DNA of 64,000 bases. Source: Herpetosiphon sp. NSE202 (GTDB lineage: Bacteria > Chloroflexota > Chloroflexia > Chloroflexales > Herpetosiphonaceae). The notes beneath the pieces were generated by a model, which saw nothing but the letters and a program-made list of their open reading frames with translations, did not search any database and was not told where the DNA came from. This document shows, one piece after another, positions 9,129 through 16,957 of the stretch (its first letter is position 1; each line of letters begins with the position of its first letter). A program made the position numbers and the translations under genes. The stretch is from contig NZ_JBHUPY010000007.1 of the NCBI RefSeq assembly GCF_042688385.1, forward strand, positions 130,110 through 194,109, in the 5' to 3' direction.

Positions 9129-10436
9129 ATGCGCAAATTAATTTCATTTCTAGGAGCAAATCCACCAAGTAACAACTATAAACGAACGATTTATAAATAT
9201 GGGCAATTAGAACATGAGTCACTCTATGCGACTGCTGCCATGGCAAAAATTTTCAATTCTGATCAAGTTTATGTATTTGTAACACCTCAAGCTAAATTTA
9301 ATAATTTCGATTTATTAACCCAACATATGAATGAGGCAAATCTGACCGAACCCATAGCTTGTGACATTCCTATTGGCGAGAATAATACTGAAATCTGGCA
9401 AATTTTTAATGCTATTACAAATACGCTCCAAGATGGTGACACAATTATTTTTGATATTACAAATGGTTTGCGTTCATTACCAATTTTAGGATTTATCGCG
9501 TGTGCTTATATTACCTCTGTCCGTAAAGTAACAATTGAGCATTTAGTCTATGGAGCATTTGAAGTAAAGAAAGATATTATGCTTTCTGACGGAGATCCTG
9601 CAACTGAATCGCCTGTTTTCGATCTGACTCCATTTTTAACCTTGCTCGACTGGACAACCGCCACCAACACCTTTATTCAAACAGGCCGCGCCGAACAGCT
9701 TACTAAACTTGCTGAAACGTTTAAAAACGATGCAGTTGAAGGTTTTGCCAAACAAGTACACAAACTTTCACAAGAATTATTAACCACCCGCCCAGTTGGC
9801 GTAATTCAAGCAGCCTCAGGCTTTGAGCAAGCTTTAGCCAAGGTTGAGGCCGCCGTGCAACAAAACCCAGCCATGCAGCCGTATCAACAGTTGTTAGAAC
9901 GAATTAAAGATGAATATAGCCCATTTGCGATTGCTACTGATCCGCTGGCAGATTTGACTGAGGCCTATCGCCAAGCCCGATCTGATCAACAAGGCTTTTT
10001 GCGGATTCAAATAAAAATGATTCGCCAATATTTGGATAAAGGTCTACCAATTCAGGCAATGACTTTAGCTCGCGAGTGGTTAGTTTCGCTAGGAGTTTAT
10101 CATCAAGGAAGCCACGATATTTTCAATTATAAAGATCGAGAGGTTATTGCTCGAATGCTCAACCAAAATTCATGGAGCGAAGATCCACGTCCTACAGAAA
10201 CCCTTCAACCACATCTAAAGCAAATTAGGGAAGTTTGGTCAGGGATTACCCTCGACCCAAATGATAAAACCGAAGCCACGAATCATGTTCGAAACGATAT
10301 TGCCCACTGTGGAATGACTCCAGTTTTTATCAAGAATGGTCGAAAGCAACTAAATGTGCGCACAGCTGCTGATATTATTGACCAAACAATCAAAATCTGT
10401 GATCGTTTAGAAAGTTTATTAGCAACGATCGTTTGA
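9129..10436 (+). CDS. csx1: Csx1-family CARF-HEPN ancillary ribonuclease
   Basis: N-terminal CARF-like segment with a DxTHG-type motif (FDITNGLRSLP). C-terminal HEPN R-X4-H motif (HVRNDIAHCG). RBS AAAGGAG. Sits directly downstream of cmr6. Confidence 0.7.
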   Translation: MRKLISFLGANPPSNNYKRTIYKYGQLEHESLYATAAMAKIFNSDQVYVFVTPQAKFNNFDLLTQHMNEANLTEPIACDIPIGENNTEIWQIFNAITNTLQDGDTIIFDITNGLRSLPILGFIACAYITSVRKVTIEHLVYGAFEVKKDIMLSDGDPATESPVFDLTPFLTLLDWTTATNTFIQTGRAEQLTKLAETFKNDAVEGFAKQVHKLSQELLTTRPVGVIQAASGFEQALAKVEAAVQQNPAMQPYQQLLERIKDEYSPFAIATDPLADLTEAYRQARSDQQGFLRIQIKMIRQYLDKGLPIQAMTLAREWLVSLGVYHQGSHDIFNYKDREVIARMLNQNSWSEDPRPTETLQPHLKQIREVWSGITLDPNDKTEATNHVRNDIAHCGMTPVFIKNGRKQLNVRTAADIIDQTIKICDRLESLLATIV

Positions 10437-10446
10437 AGGAAAGTCT

Positions 10447-10836
10447 ATGCTCCTGATTAACTTTGCCCATCCATTGACTGATGCGCAGTTTAGCCAAGTC
10501 GTGGCCATCGTTGAAGAAACGCCACAACTATGTTTTGTCGATACCCAAGTTAGCCGAATGCGGCCTTTGGCTGAGGTTGCTTATGATTTAGTTGAAAGCG
10601 TTGGCTTGAAAACCGCCGATTGGCAAACTGTACCGATTATTATCAATCCCCCAGGCTTGGCTCCATTGGCCTTGGCAGTTATTGCCGAGTTGCACGGGCG
10701 TTCAGGCTATTTTCTGCCAATTATCAATATGCGGCCTGTTCCCAAAACAACTCCAACCATCTTTGAGGTAGCAGAAATTTGCAATTTGGATGCAATTCGC
10801 CAAATTGCACGTACACGGCGCATTCCCAAGCTGTAG
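10447..10836 (+). CDS. Small cas-operon-associated protein of unknown function (candidate ring-nuclease or Csx16-like accessory)
   Basis: 129-aa ORF starting 11 nt after the csx1 stop, with RBS GAAGGA. Predicted beta-alpha-beta start (MLLINFAHPLTDAQF) and a conserved-looking segment ELHGRSGYFLPIIN. No confident family assignment from sequence alone. Confidence 0.45.
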   Translation: MLLINFAHPLTDAQFSQVVAIVEETPQLCFVDTQVSRMRPLAEVAYDLVESVGLKTADWQTVPIIINPPGLAPLALAVIAELHGRSGYFLPIINMRPVPKTTPTIFEVAEICNLDAIRQIARTRRIPKL

Positions 10837-10884
10837 TCCAAGCACAGGGCATAGATCAAACTAGTCTATGCCCTGTGCTTGGAC
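10836..10884. terminator. Perfect 20-bp-stem hairpin between convergent cas operon and methyltransferase gene (candidate bidirectional terminator)
   Basis: GTCCAAGCACAGGGCATAGA, loop tcaaactag, then TCTATGCCCTGTGCTTGGAC. It lies exactly between the two convergent stop codons. No strong U-tract on either side. Confidence 0.55.
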
Positions 10885-11643
10885 TTAGGCAAAGCGCCCA
10901 ACATAGACCGTCGTGGTGTATAAAAAGGCGATTTTGCCGTCAACTTGATGCGCCTGCCACGCATCAATCAGGCCTTGACGTAGGGCTTGGTAACTTGGTT
11001 GATCGGGCGTTGGTGTGTACGACGAGGAAAATGCGCGGCCAAGCAGGCCTGCTTGGTCAAAATATTGGGCATTTTGGGCGCTGTAGCAAGCTGGTTGTTG
11101 GCCAAAAAAGTCGCTAATCAGTTGCGGGTCGATATTGGTATGTTTGACGCTCGAATAATCGGTGCCAAATTGGTGTAATAGGGCTTCGTATTGGCGCAAA
11201 AATGGCGTAGCATCAAGCGAACGTTGGTTCCAAATCAAGGCAACCCAGCCATCAGGCCGCAAAATGCGCTGCCATTCTTGGCGCGTAGCGTTTAGCTCAA
11301 ACCAGTGGAAGGCTTGGGCAGCCGTAATCCAATTAACGCTCTGATCGGCTAAACCAGTGGCTTCAGCGCTGCCATCAACCACTTGAAAATTGGGATAGTG
11401 CTCGGCTAGTTGCAAACTAGCTTCACGCATTGGCGCGTTTGGTTCGATGGCATAAACCGTTGCGCCATGCTCCAATAATTGCTGGCTCCAAATGCCCGTG
11501 CCAGCCCCAATATCGGCCACGATCGAGTTTGAGCCAAAGCCATGCTGCGTTTGCAATGGCCCAAAAATTTCGCGTGGGTAGGTTGGGCGAAATTGCACAT
11601 AATCGGCAACTCGATTGCTAAACCGTTGACGGTTATCACTCAT
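10885..11643 (-). CDS. Class I SAM-dependent methyltransferase
   Basis: Motif I VADIGAGTGIWS followed by an acidic residue at the end of beta2 (YAIEPN). Confidence 0.8.
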   Translation of the reverse strand: MSDNRQRFSNRVADYVQFRPTYPREIFGPLQTQHGFGSNSIVADIGAGTGIWSQQLLEHGATVYAIEPNAPMREASLQLAEHYPNFQVVDGSAEATGLADQSVNWITAAQAFHWFELNATRQEWQRILRPDGWVALIWNQRSLDATPFLRQYEALLHQFGTDYSSVKHTNIDPQLISDFFGQQPACYSAQNAQYFDQAGLLGRAFSSSYTPTPDQPSYQALRQGLIDAWQAHQVDGKIAFLYTTTVYVGRFA

Positions 11644-11666
11644 TGTCGGTCTCCTTCACACGATGC

Positions 11667-13406
11667 TTAGCTACGAAAGCTATACCACCATTCAACTACC
11701 AGCAACGCCAACGCCAAGCCAATCAAAATTGGCCATAATGGCGTGCCTTGAGGTGCTAAGCGGTCGCCCTCTGGCTGAGCAATTTGACTGATTGTTGGTT
11801 GGCTTTGTTGCTGTAGATTCGATTCCTGTGGATCGCCAAAATTGACCGCAATGCCGCCGCGATTGCTGCCAACCACCCGATATAAACCAGCTTGGTTCAA
11901 CCGTTGATCGAGCGCTTGAGCCTCGCCATCAGGTCGAGTTAATGGCGTATTCGGGGCAAAACTGCCAGCTGCCAGCTGTTCAGGCAACGATCCGCCAGTG
12001 AGATTGGCAATGCTGGCTGCGGTCAGCAAGGGGAAGGCCAATTTGGCGCTGAGATTAGCATTATCCAAATTAAACAGCCAAACGATGGTAGCTTGCTCTT
12101 GCCACATGCCACGCAGCACCAAGGGCAATTGGGTATCGGTTTCAATCACGCTGGTCAAACCAGTTGGGATATTCTCGCGAGTCATTGGGCGACGACCACC
12201 CCATTGAACGCTCGAAAGGTCGATGCCAGCAAAATCGGCATCAAGCACCGCGCTACTCGCCCGTTCGCCTAAAATGCTATCCTCAGTGAGCAAACGCTCG
12301 TCGCGCGGGGGATTGACAATTAACAGCGCACTGCTGGGCAATTGCTCAGGCAAAACGCCATTCAACACCGTCAAATCAACCCGTCGCTCGCTTATAGTTG
12401 TGCCCACGCTTAGCTCGATATTGGGCAAACTCCGCAGCATGCGTTCCAGTGGCGATGGAGTTAATGTTGCCAAATGCACCCGCAACGAGCCAGAGCGATC
12501 AAGCGATACCAGCGCCCGATCATCAACCGCATAATCGTCGTTGGGGCTAAGCTGCAATTCGGCCAACTCGCCTGCGCCTACTTCCCATGTGCGTTCCTCG
12601 CTGCCGCCAGGCTGAATCACGATATTTTGCTCGGATTCCAGCTCGCCATCAAGCAACAGGGTTAATGTTCGAGCTGTGGGCAAATCGCTAAAATTGGTCA
12701 CGCGAGCATACAATGCATTGCGTTGGTTGGGCAAGCGACGGCTGGCGAAGGTCACGATCCCGCTATTGGCGGTGCTTTCGCCCAGCGTGCGCCACTCTAA
12801 TTCGGCGGCAACCGAGAGCGGCGTGCTACTAGCAGGCAAAGCGCCATCGCTCAACACCAGCATTTGATTTTGGCGATCATTGGCGAGAGTGGCGTTGGCA
12901 ATGCTCAGCGCTTGGGCCAGATCGGCGCGATTGCCAGCAGGCGCAAGCTCGGCCACAATTTGGCGCAATTGTTGGCGCTCTGTATAGCCGCCATAGCCCA
13001 ACAAGCGGGCTTCACGGTTTAGCTCAACCAAAGCCACACTATCGTCACGGCCCAAATCACCAATCAAATCTTGAGTTTGTTGTTGGGCTTGCTCAAAGGT
13101 ACCATTGGCCAGCATGCTCGAGGTTGTGTCGAGGATAATCACCACATGACGTGGATCGTTGACCCCAAAAATCCATGTTGGTTGGGTCAGGCCCAAGGCC
13201 AAACATGCGGCAACCAAGAGGTGCAACGCCAACAAAAGGGTTAATGGCAATTTGCGTTGCTGGCGCTCAGGTGGTGGTTTGAGCGCCGCCCACAGCCGAA
13301 TTGTGGGAATTCGCAAGCGCTGACGGCGCTGCCGCACCATATGCAAAATTGCAATGATTGGCAACGAAATTAAGCCAATTAAGCCCAAGGGAACAAGCAA
13401 ATTCAT
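11667..13406 (-). CDS. VWA domain-containing membrane protein (BatA-like)
   Basis: N-terminal TM helices (MNLLVPLGLIGLISLPIIAIL), a MIDAS-containing VWA segment (VVIILDTTSSMLA) and a C-terminal TM. The track start 13490 was moved to the ATG at 13406. Confidence 0.7.
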   Translation of the reverse strand: MNLLVPLGLIGLISLPIIAILHMVRQRRQRLRIPTIRLWAALKPPPERQQRKLPLTLLLALHLLVAACLALGLTQPTWIFGVNDPRHVVIILDTTSSMLANGTFEQAQQQTQDLIGDLGRDDSVALVELNREARLLGYGGYTERQQLRQIVAELAPAGNRADLAQALSIANATLANDRQNQMLVLSDGALPASSTPLSVAAELEWRTLGESTANSGIVTFASRRLPNQRNALYARVTNFSDLPTARTLTLLLDGELESEQNIVIQPGGSEERTWEVGAGELAELQLSPNDDYAVDDRALVSLDRSGSLRVHLATLTPSPLERMLRSLPNIELSVGTTISERRVDLTVLNGVLPEQLPSSALLIVNPPRDERLLTEDSILGERASSAVLDADFAGIDLSSVQWGGRRPMTRENIPTGLTSVIETDTQLPLVLRGMWQEQATIVWLFNLDNANLSAKLAFPLLTAASIANLTGGSLPEQLAAGSFAPNTPLTRPDGEAQALDQRLNQAGLYRVVGSNRGGIAVNFGDPQESNLQQQSQPTISQIAQPEGDRLAPQGTPLWPILIGLALALLVVEWWYSFRS

Positions 13407-13561
13407 AAGGCTCGATGCTTCACAAGCATCTCGGTGCAGGCCCAGATGATTGCGCTGAATGAACAAACAGCATGGTGTTGATTGCACCATGCTGTCGTAT
13501 TATAACGAGCTTTTGGGTCGCAGCGAAAGTAATGCAGAAGAAGAATGCTGCAATCCCAAGG

Positions 13562-14302
13562 CTAGCGCTGTGGTAATTCGCGCATAAAAGTTTGTTGTTG
13601 TTCATCGATTGCGTGTTGTAATTGATTGCGCGAGAGCATGCCCGAAAGCACCAGCAACTCGCCAACCTGAAAATGCTGGCCGCGCACTTTCAAATCTGCT
13701 TGGCGCGCAATTACCTGATTCAGTTGGGTACGCGTAATCAGGCCTTGTTCAATCAGATGGTCGCCCAAGCGATTGACTGTGCTGGCATGGCCACCCTGGG
13801 CGCGCGCCATTTTTTGCACTTCCAAAACCTTGCCCAACGCTTGGGTGGTCAGCCAGCGGCGGCGCAGTAAAATATCGCCCAGCGGCACGATTCGGCCATA
13901 GCGGGCTTCTTGCGCTTGCTCGCTCAAGGCAGCCTCAAGCTGGATTTGCTTGATAAATTTTTGCTCAACCAAATATTCGCCCAAACGTTTGACCGCTGCA
14001 ACCGATTTTTCAACCGGCGCTGCTGGTGGCGTTTGATCAACCACGACTTGCAAGCGCAAGAATTCCAAGCCCATGAGCGCTGCTTCGTTCGTTGGATCAA
14101 GCTCCAGCACCCGTTGCAAACAATCACGGCGTTTTTCTGGCTCCTCCAAAACCCCGCTCAGCCACAGCCAAGCTGGCGCAAAATCGGGATTTTCATGAAT
14201 AATTGAAATTAATAAGCTGCGCCCCTCCTCCTTCCGGCCAGTGCTAATCGCAGCACGGGCGTGGGCAAAAAGCGTTTCGATGCTCACAGAATGTCCTTTC
14301 AA
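13562..14302 (-). CDS. TPR-like plus 4x MshEN/T2SSE_N-type repeat protein (putative c-di-GMP receptor)
   Basis: N-terminal TPR-like helices. Four 24-residue segments fit the MshEN c-di-GMP-binding motif RLGxxLLxxGLIxxxxLxxxLxxQ (RLGEYLVEQKFIKQIQLEAALSEQ, PLGDILLRRRWLTTQALGKVLEVQ, RLGDHLIEQGLITRTQLNQVIARQ, QVGELLVLSGMLSRNQLQHAIDEQ). Starts 3 nt after the stop of the upstream oxidoreductase. Confidence 0.6.
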   Translation of the reverse strand: MKGHSVSIETLFAHARAAISTGRKEEGRSLLISIIHENPDFAPAWLWLSGVLEEPEKRRDCLQRVLELDPTNEAALMGLEFLRLQVVVDQTPPAAPVEKSVAAVKRLGEYLVEQKFIKQIQLEAALSEQAQEARYGRIVPLGDILLRRRWLTTQALGKVLEVQKMARAQGGHASTVNRLGDHLIEQGLITRTQLNQVIARQADLKVRGQHFQVGELLVLSGMLSRNQLQHAIDEQQQTFMRELPQR

Positions 14303-14304
14303 GC

Positions 14305-15654
14305 TTAGCCTTTAGCCAATGCTTGGGCAGCAACCAAGAGTGGGTCCCACACCGATGAAAATGGGGGTGCATAACTTAGGTCTTGCCAAGCAAACTCATC
14401 TACCGTCATTCTTCCCGCTAATGCCACCGCTACCACATCAACCCGCTTTGCTACATCGTCGTAGCCAATAATTTGGCCACCCAACAATGTGCCGTCGGCT
14501 GCATTCGCAACCAATTTAACCGTAATGGGCCGAGCATTGGGGTAATACCCCGCATGATCGGTCGAATGGATAATTTTGCTACGAACGTGGTAGCCATGGT
14601 GGAGAGCTTGCTCAACACTTAATCCAGTCGCGGCAATGTGTAAATCGGCAAATTTGGTCACCGATGTGCCAACAACGCCGCGAAATGGTCGCTCGTGGCC
14701 TGCGAGAAAGGCTCCGAGGGTTCGACCTTGTTTATTTGCAGTGGTGCCAAGCGGCAAATACACTGGTTTATTTAAGATTCGATGATCAACGGTACAGCAA
14801 TCGCCTGCGGCAAACACCCTATCGATTGTAGTACGGCCTACTTGGTCAATTTTGATCGCCCCAGCTTCGCCAAGCTCAGCGCCGCAGCTTGCAGCCAGTT
14901 CACTATTTGGCTGCACGCCAGTGGCGATAATCACCAATTCGGCGGGATAATCGACCTTGCCAGCAACCACATGAGTCACTGTATCGGCTTTGCCTTCGAG
15001 ACCTTCGAGCGCTGCGCCAAGCGCTAAATGCACGCCCGCAGCTTCAAGTCGTTCGATAATTTGGTTACTCATATCGTCATCAAGCGAGCTTAAAACCGTT
15101 TTGCTGCGGTTGATTAAGGTCACGCTAATGCCCAAATCAAGCAACGCCTCGGCCATTTCTAGCCCAATATAACCAGCACCAACCACCACCGCATGCTGCG
15201 GCTGGTGCTCGTTGATATAAGCTTGAATTGCTAAACCGTCATGCATAGAGCGTAACCGAAAGACACCCTGTAGTTCAATCCCTCGTACTGGTGGACAATT
15301 GACCCGTGCGCCAGTTGCGATCACCAAGCGATCAAAATGATCGTGGAATGTCGTATTGCTCGCCAAATTATGCACCGTCACTCGCCCAGCTTCCACATCA
15401 AGATCAGTCACTTCATGTTCGGTTTTCACGGTTACGCCATCGCGGGCAAATTGAGCCGGAGTGCGGGCGATTAAGGCTTGATAATCGCTCACCGCACCAC
15501 TAATCAGGTAGGGCAAGCCACACGCCGAATAGGAAACATGCGCTTCACGGCCATACACACAAATATCCAGATCAGGGTTGGTGCGCTTGGCCTTGGCCGC
15601 AGCACTCGTTCCGGCGGCGACGGCTCCAATCACGATCACGCGCTCGCTAGCCAT
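14305..15654 (-). CDS. FAD-dependent pyridine nucleotide-disulfide oxidoreductase (CoA-disulfide reductase/NADH oxidase family)
   Basis: FAD motif VIVIGAVAAGTSAA, redox-active Cys in HVSYSACGLPY, NAD-binding VVVGAGYIGLE. Confidence 0.8.
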   Translation of the reverse strand: MASERVIVIGAVAAGTSAAAKAKRTNPDLDICVYGREAHVSYSACGLPYLISGAVSDYQALIARTPAQFARDGVTVKTEHEVTDLDVEAGRVTVHNLASNTTFHDHFDRLVIATGARVNCPPVRGIELQGVFRLRSMHDGLAIQAYINEHQPQHAVVVGAGYIGLEMAEALLDLGISVTLINRSKTVLSSLDDDMSNQIIERLEAAGVHLALGAALEGLEGKADTVTHVVAGKVDYPAELVIIATGVQPNSELAASCGAELGEAGAIKIDQVGRTTIDRVFAAGDCCTVDHRILNKPVYLPLGTTANKQGRTLGAFLAGHERPFRGVVGTSVTKFADLHIAATGLSVEQALHHGYHVRSKIIHSTDHAGYYPNARPITVKLVANAADGTLLGGQIIGYDDVAKRVDVVAVALAGRMTVDEFAWQDLSYAPPFSSVWDPLLVAAQALAKG

Positions 15655-15709
15655 TGCAGGCTCCTTTAGCTATGCTACTATTTGGACAGATTGTCACTAG
15701 CATGAGACC

Positions 15710-16492
15710 TTGATTATGCCACTAAGCTCAGCCAATAATCAACCACGTTTGCCAGCTCAACCCAATCGTTTGGGCGAATGGTTGGTCTATCGGGCACTCA
15801 TTCGGCCAGCCTTGTGCAAAACCTTCGATCAAGTATTGCTCAATGTTGGGTCAGCCAGTGACATCTTGCGCAGCCGCGAGCCAATTTTGTGCTATGTGAC
15901 CCATACAAGCTGGTGGGATGGTCATCTTGCCTTTGAGCTATTTCGCAACGTCTACCCACGCCGCCATTTTTTGATGATGGAAGAAGCGCAACTCGCCCGT
16001 TATTTCTTCTTCCGCTGGTGTGGTTGCTTCTCGGTTAACCGCCAAGAACCGCGTGAGGCCCTGCGCTCAATACGCTACGCCAGCACCCAGCTTCAACACC
16101 ACAGCCACGCCTTAGTTTGGGTTTTTCCGCAGGGCCAAATTATACCGCCAGATCGCCGTCCGCTCCAACTTTTTCGCGGTGTCGCCGATATTGCCACCCG
16201 CACTGGCAATTTGTGGTGTTTGCCAGTTGCCCTGCGCTATGAATTTAGCGGCGAACAACGCCCAGTTTCCTTAATTCGTTGTGGCGAGCCAACCTGGGTC
16301 GATGCTGGCACAAGCCGCGACCAACTGCAACCCCAATTAGAGCGCAATTTGACCAGCGCCGCCGACCAACTCCGTGACGAGTGGAATCAGCAAGATCTTG
16401 CCAATTTTCAATCAATTTTGCAGGGCACAGCCTCAGTTAATCACCGCTTCGACCACATTTTGGGGCCAATCGTGCGCTGGTGGCAACGATAA
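15710..16492 (+). CDS. Lysophospholipid acyltransferase (PlsC-like) family protein
   Basis: HxxxxD acyltransferase motif (HTSWWD), FPQGQ-type motif, 260 aa. Confidence 0.55.
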   Translation: MIMPLSSANNQPRLPAQPNRLGEWLVYRALIRPALCKTFDQVLLNVGSASDILRSREPILCYVTHTSWWDGHLAFELFRNVYPRRHFLMMEEAQLARYFFFRWCGCFSVNRQEPREALRSIRYASTQLQHHSHALVWVFPQGQIIPPDRRPLQLFRGVADIATRTGNLWCLPVALRYEFSGEQRPVSLIRCGEPTWVDAGTSRDQLQPQLERNLTSAADQLRDEWNQQDLANFQSILQGTASVNHRFDHILGPIVRWWQR

Positions 16493-16935
16493 GGATGAAG
16501 GATGAGGGATGAGGGATGAGGGATGAGGGGTGAAGGGACGAGGATTCAGGATTCAGGAACAAGCAACCACGAAGAGCACGAAGAACGCGAAGGCTGAGGA
16601 TAAACACATTAATAATTCAGCACTATCACTTAACGCAGAGGCGCAGAGATTCCAGGGCTATTGGCTATTGGCTATCGGAACATCATTCGTGCAATTCGTG
16701 CAATTCGTGGCTAAAATAGAGATTTGGCTATTGGCTTTGGGCTTCTGCGAACATCATTCGTGATCTTCGTGTTCTTCGTGGATCAATTTATTAACGCAGA
16801 GGCGCAGAGGAAATGTGGCTATTGGCTATTGGCTGTTGGCTCTGGGCTAGCAGAAACCAAATCCTAAAAATCTGTGCCAATCTATGGCTAAACAATAATG
16901 CTTCGTGTAATTCGTGCAATTCGTGGCGAAAAAAA
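16493..16935. repeat. Mosaic intergenic repeat cluster 1 (heptamer/decamer tandem modules)
   Basis: (GATGAGG)n 16493-16560; CACGAAGAGCACGAAGAACG 16567-16592; TTAACGCAGAGGCGCAGAG 16630-16648 and 16791-16810; (GGCTATT)n 16656-16678 and 16817-16850; (TTCGTGCAAT)n 16686-16710 and 16901-16927; CTTCGTGTTCTTCGTGGATC 16755-16784. The region lies between convergent genes. Confidence 0.85.
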
Positions 16936-16957
16936 AATTGAATTCACCAAAAATCTA

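Noticed and set aside
16530-16763. 77-aa ORF (MKGRGFRIQEQ...) and similar ORFs inside repeat clusters (e.g. 42131-42319, 49468-49860, 49521-49772)
   Set aside because: Translations of tandem repeat modules (low-complexity, repeat-derived peptides) with no RBS. Artefacts of the repeats.
16493-16935. Possible CRISPR array in the repeat-rich intergenic regions (also 24536-24945, 43430-43795, 47593-47861)
   Set aside because: Units are only 7-10 nt, directly tandem without unique spacers of 30-40 nt. They are heterogeneous in sequence and present on both strands. The pattern is inconsistent with CRISPR repeat-spacer architecture.
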